Of a stretch of 45,303 bases of DNA, positions 39,465-45,303 are shown piece after piece. The position numbers and the translations under genes are program-made. Under the pieces are notes generated by a model. The model made no database searches. It had not been told where the DNA came from and saw nothing but the letters and a program-made list of their open reading frames with translations. Positions within the stretch are counted from its first letter, which is position 1; every line of letters starts with the position of its first letter. The DNA comes from Candidatus Subterrananammoxibius californiae. GTDB taxonomy: Bacteria; Planctomycetota; Brocadiia; Brocadiales; Subterrananammoxibiaceae. Location: contig JAURAC010000020.1 in assembly GCA_030586555.1 (NCBI GenBank), positions 17,560 to 62,862 on the forward strand. The letters run 5' to 3'.

Positions 39465-40274
39465 CTAAAAGAAGAACCCTATCCCGAATTCCACTTCTTG
39501 GGTATACAGAGGTAGGTCGTCTACAATCGCTGCCTTATATTCGACAGTCACAACAATCTTTCTCGTGAGCATCTTCCCGACGAGTAAGTCAAAAGGAACA
39601 TGCCAATTCTCCGTTCTCCAGTCATAGATCATTTCAGGGGCAAAGGTCAGGAACCACAATCTCGGAAGGGTTATGTATAGCACCGGTTGAATATAAGTCT
39701 GATTAATATTCGGACGGTCATCATCGCCTCCGATGTCTACAGCATATCTGAGAAGCGTGGCAGCCCAGGCACCCTTCATCCATCCCGTCTCCCCCAAGTC
39801 GTATTTTACTCCCAGTGTGGGTAGAAGCTGATATTTTCCTGTTCCCATCGAATCTTTTTCCGCCGTTGGAAAAATCACCTGTGTCCCGAAGCCTGCCGTC
39901 CACTTCCCTTTTGTGGGCGTAATGAAAAGCGCTTGAACCAGGAAGTCTGAGAATCCTTCCTGATTTTCGCCAGGCGGCGGATTGTCGGCGCTGGGGACAT
40001 CCGACCACATGTAGGGAAGGTCTGCCCTGAGGGCTAACTGCCAGTCATTGCCTAATAAAAACGGTTTATCAACACGAGCGGTGATTACGGTGGTTTCGAA
40101 ATCTTCTTGAAGGTTCTGATATTTGAGACTAATGTCGAATTGTGTAAGTGGTTTGGTAAAGTCCTGACCAGTGTTGACCGCTTCTTCTGCTTTCTCCTGC
40201 GCTAAAGCAAAGCCTCCTCTATTTACGATAAAGAGACAAAGGATAACAAGAGTAAGTGATGCAAAGCGTTTCAT
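39465..40274 (-). CDS. Putative outer-membrane beta-barrel/transporter family protein
   Basis: Signal peptide, FPTA..GTGKYQ motif, aromatic C-terminus IGFFF. Confidence 0.7.
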   Translation of the reverse strand: MKRFASLTLVILCLFIVNRGGFALAQEKAEEAVNTGQDFTKPLTQFDISLKYQNLQEDFETTVITARVDKPFLLGNDWQLALRADLPYMWSDVPSADNPPPGENQEGFSDFLVQALFITPTKGKWTAGFGTQVIFPTAEKDSMGTGKYQLLPTLGVKYDLGETGWMKGAWAATLLRYAVDIGGDDDRPNINQTYIQPVLYITLPRLWFLTFAPEMIYDWRTENWHVPFDLLVGKMLTRKIVVTVEYKAAIVDDLPLYTQEVEFGIGFFF

Positions 40275-40322
40275 TCTTACTTCTCTTTTAACTTATTACT
40301 TTTGATTGTTGTCAGCGCCCCT

Positions 40323-41033
40323 TCATTCCCTGCAAATGGGCATAGTTCCCAGCGCAATCATCGTGAACATTAAGAGGGCAAGTGCGATGCTAAGCACAAT
40401 CAGGCGCAGCCAGCGCGACTGGAACGTACCGCAGATGCCACTAAAGAACATCACAGAAGCAAACAGCACCGTCAGCAGCACGTAAGTGTCGGAGGTTTCG
40501 TTTGCCTCCTGGGCTGCAATGAGCTGTTGTCCTGCCAATTCGTCCTGGCGCTTTGCCTCTGCCAGTTCCTTCTGCACGTACTCTGCCATATGGAACGGAG
40601 ACGGTGGAGCAGTGGGGTTGTTCAACGGGTCAGTTTTCAACCAGGCATCAACAGCTTTCTTCATCTCGGGGCGAAATCGGTCGAACAGGAATTTCTCCAC
40701 GCCTTCGTCACCTTGATATTTTGCTTCTATGTAGTCAATGAGCATCAAGGCATCAAACGAGCGAGCCTGAAGCGCCGAGACAGAGGCCTCCGCTGCCTCA
40801 CGGCCCATCCTGCCTGCCGCAGTAAGTCGAAAGGTTTGCGCGCCGCTCCACAGGGTTGATTGGTAAACACACCAAGCCGAAAAAGTCGTTGCCAATGCCA
40901 GCACGGCGGCGCAAGTAATTTCTATCCAGCGCTTGCGCCGATCCTTTTCCACTACATCGAGGATGCGCCGCAAGGTCTCAGCGGTCTCCTGGGGCGTCAA
41001 CTCCTTTGACGACTGTTCACTTGGTATGCTCAT
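40323..41033 (-). CDS. Membrane protein with three TM segments (DUF4337-like)
   Basis: Hydrophobic segments at N- and C-termini, helical middle. Confidence 0.65.
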   Translation of the reverse strand: MSIPSEQSSKELTPQETAETLRRILDVVEKDRRKRWIEITCAAVLALATTFSAWCVYQSTLWSGAQTFRLTAAGRMGREAAEASVSALQARSFDALMLIDYIEAKYQGDEGVEKFLFDRFRPEMKKAVDAWLKTDPLNNPTAPPSPFHMAEYVQKELAEAKRQDELAGQQLIAAQEANETSDTYVLLTVLFASVMFFSGICGTFQSRWLRLIVLSIALALLMFTMIALGTMPICRE

Positions 41034-41194
41034 GTCTATTTGTCCATTCTAAATCTGTCCAATTGAACCATCCTAATTGAATTTCAGCTCGTCGCTGTCC
41101 TCAATTGCAAAGCGGTTGATGCTGTTGGCTACCGCTTATTTGTAGAAAGCAGACGCAAACTACACAACCAGATTGGAAAAAAAATAGATATTTT

Positions 41195-41382
41195 ATAATA
41201 CCACACAAATGCCTGCCTGCAAGCCACAACAAAAACAGAGAAGACACCCTCAAGGCTGCTATTATACCACACAAATGTCCGCCAGAGGCGGATCTGCCTC
41301 AGGCGTGACCTGCCGTCCGCCAGAAAAATTGTCGTATCTTCGACCCGCCATAAGGATTGTCGGGTTTTCGACAAGCCACAAC
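41195..41382 (-). CRISPR. CRISPR block 3: degenerate R5 (41195-41230), 30-bp spacer, and R6 (41261-41382) split by two insertions
   Basis: R5 33/36 identity; R6 pieces attataccacacaaatg / cctgccg / caagccacaac separated by 31- and 56-nt inserts. Confidence 0.9.
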
Positions 41383-41399
41383 AGGTAATCAAGTTACTG

Positions 41400-42143
41400 T
41401 CATGTCCTTAAAAGCCTGAGATAATCCTTTTGGGTTTCCCTTATGGTACGTGCAATAAATTCTATGAAATCTTTATCATCTGTGTGTGCCTTTTCTAATG
41501 TCTGGATATATTCCGTACGTAGAATGGGCGGTATTATTGCAATAACATATCCTTTTTGCAACAATATTAGGTTCATTAAAAGTCTTGCCACCCTTCCGTT
41601 ACCGTCTATAAATGGGTGTATAAAGGCAAATTCTTTATGTGCCAGGGCTGAATATTCTACAGGGTGGTGTTTCTTTTCCAGGTCTTTTGCCTTGCTTATA
41701 AATTCTTTCATGAGGAGAGGCACTTTTTCAGGTCCTGGCATGGGATATTTTGAGCCGGAGATAAAGACCTTCTCCTTTCTGTACTTTCCTGCCTTCGTGT
41801 TGTCAATCCTATTGTAAAAGAGCTTGTGCAGTTTTTTAATGTCTTTCTCTGTGAAACCCTCTTTTTTTGCCAGCTTATAAATGAGGTCATAAGCCTCGCT
41901 GTGTCCCAATGCTTCATAGTAGTCTCTAATCGGTTTACCTCCTACGGTTATACCATCCTCTAAAACGACTTTAGTCTCGGTTTCTGTCAAGGAGTTCCCT
42001 TCAAGGGCGTTGCTTGTATAGGTAAGTCCTACCCTATAATATTCCCTGAGCTGTTTCAGGATGTTTGCGGATAGTGGTCTATAAGAGTTAATGTCTTCTT
42101 GCAGTTTATCTATTTCTGAGATTATCTTTGTCATCTTATCCAC
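41400..42143 (-). CDS. Fic family protein
   Basis: HPFIDGNGRVAR catalytic motif; N-terminal SNALEG inhibitory-type motif. Confidence 0.93.
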   Translation of the reverse strand: MDKMTKIISEIDKLQEDINSYRPLSANILKQLREYYRVGLTYTSNALEGNSLTETETKVVLEDGITVGGKPIRDYYEALGHSEAYDLIYKLAKKEGFTEKDIKKLHKLFYNRIDNTKAGKYRKEKVFISGSKYPMPGPEKVPLLMKEFISKAKDLEKKHHPVEYSALAHKEFAFIHPFIDGNGRVARLLMNLILLQKGYVIAIIPPILRTEYIQTLEKAHTDDKDFIEFIARTIRETQKDYLRLLRT

Positions 42144-42158
42144 CCAGGGCAGATTAAA

Positions 42159-42827
42159 TCACCTTGGTGTTCCATCGCCTTTGGTTAAGGACACCTTATC
42201 TTCAGAATAGCAAAGGTTCTCTACGGAGCATTGGGGGCAGAGGGGTTTTTTTGCCTGGCAGGTTCTTCTGCCATGTATGGTGAGGATGTGTGTTATATGG
42301 GTCCACTTGTTTTTCGGGAATATTTTGCAAAGGTCGGCTTCTACTACATCAGGGTCTTTTGAGGTGGAGAAATCAAGCCGTCTTGCAACGCGATGGACAT
42401 GCGTATCAACCGCTATGGCTTGTTGACCGAAGGCATTGCCCAGAACAACGTTTGCCGTCTTCCTGCCAATTCCAGGCAAGTTAACTAAATCATCCAGTTT
42501 AGAGGGAACTTCCCCGCCAAATTTTTCGACAATATCCCTGCAACAAGCCGTAATATTTTTTGCCTTGTTCTTATAAAACCCGGTAGGGCGGATTTCCTCC
42601 TCAAAGGTCTTTAAATCGGCTTTTGCATAGTCCTTTGCAGACCTGTATTTTTGAAACAGGTCTTTCGTTACCTCGTTTACGCGTTTATCCGTACACTGGG
42701 CGGCGAGGATTGTGGCAACTAACAGTTCAAGCGGACTCTTAAAATTGAGTTCTATTACAGCATCAGGGTATGCCTTTTCTAATCGCCGTAAGATCTCATT
42801 AATTCTGGCGGCATCATCCTTGGACAT
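42159..42827 (-). CDS. nth: Endonuclease III
   Basis: LAAQCTD, LPGIGRKTANVV, VDTHVHR, C..KKP.C..C.....C cluster. Confidence 0.96.
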   Translation of the reverse strand: MSKDDAARINEILRRLEKAYPDAVIELNFKSPLELLVATILAAQCTDKRVNEVTKDLFQKYRSAKDYAKADLKTFEEEIRPTGFYKNKAKNITACCRDIVEKFGGEVPSKLDDLVNLPGIGRKTANVVLGNAFGQQAIAVDTHVHRVARRLDFSTSKDPDVVEADLCKIFPKNKWTHITHILTIHGRRTCQAKKPLCPQCSVENLCYSEDKVSLTKGDGTPR

Positions 42828-42894
42828 ATTGTAAAGTGCAAATTGTAAATTTAAAAATTCCAATCTTCAATTTACAATTTCTTTATTTCCTTGT

Positions 42895-43668
42895 TTACGC
42901 CTTAGCTCTACCTCTTCTCGGTTTAGCTGCCTCCCCTTTGGAGGCCTTTGCAATTTCTTCATGCATGCGCAAGAGTTCCTCATCCACAACCTCTTTTTCG
43001 GCAAACACAAGGTCGTAAACCAAGCCGGCAACTATAGCGCCGAGGCAGTGTCCAATCCAGTACACCTGATGGTTTGCAAAATTCCCAGATGCAATAGCAG
43101 GCCCAAACGCAATAGAAGGCGTAACTGCACCTCCACTAACTGTAGCGCCTACTACCACATCAAATACTACTACCAAACCTATGGCAAGACCAGCAAGCGC
43201 GCCGGCTGCCCTTTTATCTACCACAGTAGCATAAACAGTGAATACTAAAAGGAAGGATAGTAATGCCTCCATCAGGATTGCTTGTATGCTGGAAACGCCC
43301 GGTGCAGGGCTAAATGCCCCAAAATTAATCGCAATTGCTTCCGGAAACATAGTCTTGATTAAAAACCCTGCTGAGGCAGCGCCTGCTAATTGAAAGAGAA
43401 TATACATTAAAGCTGTTCCACCATCAATCCTCTTTGTAACCCAGAATGAGATTGTGGTTGCTGGATTAATATGAGTGCCAGAAATATAACTCAAAGCATA
43501 TACTATTGCTACAACGGCGAAGCCGTATGACAGCGCAATCCCGAGAAGGCCAAGACCGGGTTGACCTGCCTTTGTTAAAAGATAGTTTGCACAAACAGCA
43601 CCCGAACCAACAAAAATCAGTATAAAAGTACCCAAAAATTCAGAAAAATATTTCTTATACGCATCCAT
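42895..43668 (-). CDS. MIP/aquaporin family channel
   Basis: SEFLGTF, ISGTHINPA, second loop GGAVTPSIAFGPA, VYWIG. Confidence 0.92.
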   Translation of the reverse strand: MDAYKKYFSEFLGTFILIFVGSGAVCANYLLTKAGQPGLGLLGIALSYGFAVVAIVYALSYISGTHINPATTISFWVTKRIDGGTALMYILFQLAGAASAGFLIKTMFPEAIAINFGAFSPAPGVSSIQAILMEALLSFLLVFTVYATVVDKRAAGALAGLAIGLVVVFDVVVGATVSGGAVTPSIAFGPAIASGNFANHQVYWIGHCLGAIVAGLVYDLVFAEKEVVDEELLRMHEEIAKASKGEAAKPRRGRAKA

Positions 43669-43849
43669 CTCTTTTTCTCCTATCTATTAGTGTGAACAAC
43701 TGTATGACCTCCCATACCCATTTGCCAAACTCCAACCTCCTAAATTGTTTTATTACGGTAAAGTCCGTTCACCTCCCTTCTTTGGTAGAGACGCAAAATA
43801 TTGCGTCTCTACGTTATTGAGCGTATTATGTGCCGTAAAAATTGTAATA

Positions 43850-43877
43850 ATTATACCATGTATATTGTAATTTGCAA
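43850..43877 (-). promoter_or_regulatory. Promoter for the aquaporin-nth-fic genes
   Basis: TTGCAA, 16 nt, TATAAT (extended TGG) on minus strand. Confidence 0.55.
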
Positions 43878-43955
43878 GCTTTTTTATACAATATATTGAT
43901 TTTTTTATACGAACCCTTTTTCATTGATATTAGAGACGCAACGTATATAATGTAA

Positions 43956-44951
43956 GTGAAAATGGGTGAAATAGCTCTTATAAAGTATTTAAGACGATTA
44001 TTTAAGTCATCTAAAAAAGGTGTCGTTGTAGGTATAGGCGATGATTGTGCAATTGTAAGAATTGGCAAGAGAGGAACATGTCTCATAACGACGGACATGC
44101 TTATTGAGGGAACACACTTCATTCTCAAAGAGTGTACACCCAAACAAATCGGGAGAAAGGCAATAGGGCGCTGCATTAGCGATATTGCAGCAATGGGATG
44201 CAAAGCAACCTTTGCAGTGGTTTCGGTGGGTTTTGGGCGCAATACCACTATGGAGTTTGCAAGGGAAATTCACCACGGGATTAAGGATGTGGCAGGGGAA
44301 TACGATATTGAAATTGTCGGCGGGGATATAACAACATGCAGGGGCGTATTGTTCGCCAAGGCGAATCTGCCTCAGGCACGACAATACGCCCCTACTATTG
44401 TATCCGTAACCATGCTGGGAGAGGAAGCTGGAGCGCCGCCTGTTCTTCGTTCGGGTGCAAATGCGGGGGATGCTATTATGGTAACTGGAACATTAGGAGG
44501 CTCTATTCTTGGCAAGCACTTGACCTTTAAGCCGAGATTAAAAGAGGGAATACTTCTAAATACCAGATTCAAACTTCATTCAATGATTGATATAAGCGAT
44601 GGCTTGTCCACCGACCTTTGCCATATCTTAGAAGAAAGCGGCGTTGGAGCGGTACTTTATGAGGAAAGTATTCCCATCTCCGAAGATGCAAAAAAACTTT
44701 CTAAAAAAACGGGGAAGCCGCCCCTATTGCATGCCCTTTCTGATGGTGAAGATTATGAGCTTCTCTTTACGCTTTCTCAAGGGGAGGCAAGAAAACTGCT
44801 TGCAAATAAGGGCGGGGTAACCCAGCCCCTACACGATATTAAGATTACCCAGATAGGTCATGTACGGAAAGGGAAAGGGCTTGTAATGAAATATGCTAAT
44901 GGCAAGGCTAAACGCATTAAACCTACGGGTTACGAACACCTACTTTTTTGA
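43956..44951 (+). CDS. thiL: Thiamine-monophosphate kinase
   Basis: GIGDDCA, SDIAAMG, GGD, IDISDGL, GEDYELLFT, GYEH. Confidence 0.95.
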   Translation: MKMGEIALIKYLRRLFKSSKKGVVVGIGDDCAIVRIGKRGTCLITTDMLIEGTHFILKECTPKQIGRKAIGRCISDIAAMGCKATFAVVSVGFGRNTTMEFAREIHHGIKDVAGEYDIEIVGGDITTCRGVLFAKANLPQARQYAPTIVSVTMLGEEAGAPPVLRSGANAGDAIMVTGTLGGSILGKHLTFKPRLKEGILLNTRFKLHSMIDISDGLSTDLCHILEESGVGAVLYEESIPISEDAKKLSKKTGKPPLLHALSDGEDYELLFTLSQGEARKLLANKGGVTQPLHDIKITQIGHVRKGKGLVMKYANGKAKRIKPTGYEHLLF

Positions 44952-45015
44952 AAAAACTGGGTGGCACGGACAAACTTGTTTGTCCGTGATGAGAACGATT
45001 AAACTAACAAAAAGA

Positions 45016-45303
45016 ATGGTGAAAACACTAAGTATTACATCCAGCAGTGTAGAGCAGACGATTGAATTGGGTCGGCTCATAGGGGGCGAGCTTAAGGAGG
45101 GGAATGTTGTTGCTCTGGTCGGGCAATTGGGTTCTGGCAAGACATACCTCACCAAAGGCATTGCAGAGGGTCTGGGTGTAAGAGATAAAAGGGTGATTAA
45201 AAGCCCGAGCTTTGTATTAATAAATGAATATCACGGTCGAGTACCGGTGTATCACATAGACGCCTACAGGCTTCGAGATAGTGTGGACATGTTCACCCTC
45301 GGT
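45016..45303 (+). CDS. tsaE: tRNA threonylcarbamoyladenosine biosynthesis ATPase (partial, runs off window)
   Basis: Manual translation: LVGQLGSGKTYLTKGIAEGLG..KSPSFVLINEY.GRVPVYHIDAYRL. Confidence 0.92.
   Translation, partial: MVKTLSITSSSVEQTIELGRLIGGELKEGNVVALVGQLGSGKTYLTKGIAEGLGVRDKRVIKSPSFVLINEYHGRVPVYHIDAYRLRDSVDMFTLG

Noticed and set aside
34875..41194. Composite transposon, casposon or prophage explaining the inserts
   Set aside because: No transposase, integrase, polymerase, terminal inverted repeats or phage genes seen
41129..41392. 87-aa ORF, and the extensions of ORF 39017..39277
   Set aside because: Made up largely of repeat, spacer, attC or mini-element sequence; no protein-like features
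43850..43859. attataccat match to the CRISPR repeat end (also attatacca at 24035)
   Set aside because: Only 9-10 nt, equal to a generic extended -10 box with a matching -35; ordinary promoters, not orphan repeats

Overview
Chromosomal segment of a bacterium, probably an anammox planctomycete (Ca. Brocadiia-like; inferred from two kustc1061/HOX-like octaheme HAO proteins and a multiheme-fused Rieske/cytochrome b pair). Housekeeping genes are a B12 acyl-CoA mutase pair, rmlA/C, thiD, trpB/trpA, rny, mnmG, tRNA-Ser(GCT), rnr, yhaM, moaC, nth, an aquaporin, thiL and tsaE. A molybdoenzyme/NrfCD/multiheme module splits trpB from trpA, and an unusual ABC-ATPase-Rieske fusion follows trpA. The most striking feature is a type II-C CRISPR-Cas locus (tracrRNA, frameshifted cas9, cas1, cas2). 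Its six 36-bp repeats enclose three normal 30-31 bp spacers and two gene-carrying 'giant spacers' of 4187 and 2097 bp. These carry a copper-resistance operon, membrane proteins, a degenerate integron attC site and two genes cut off exactly at a repeat. All cargo genes lie on the strand transcribed from the extended -10 promoters built into the repeats, so the array resembles an integron-like gene-capture and expression platform. A 15-56 nt palindromic mini-element has inserted into the last repeat (twice), cas1, thiL and trpA. All calls come from motif recognition by eye; no database searches were run.
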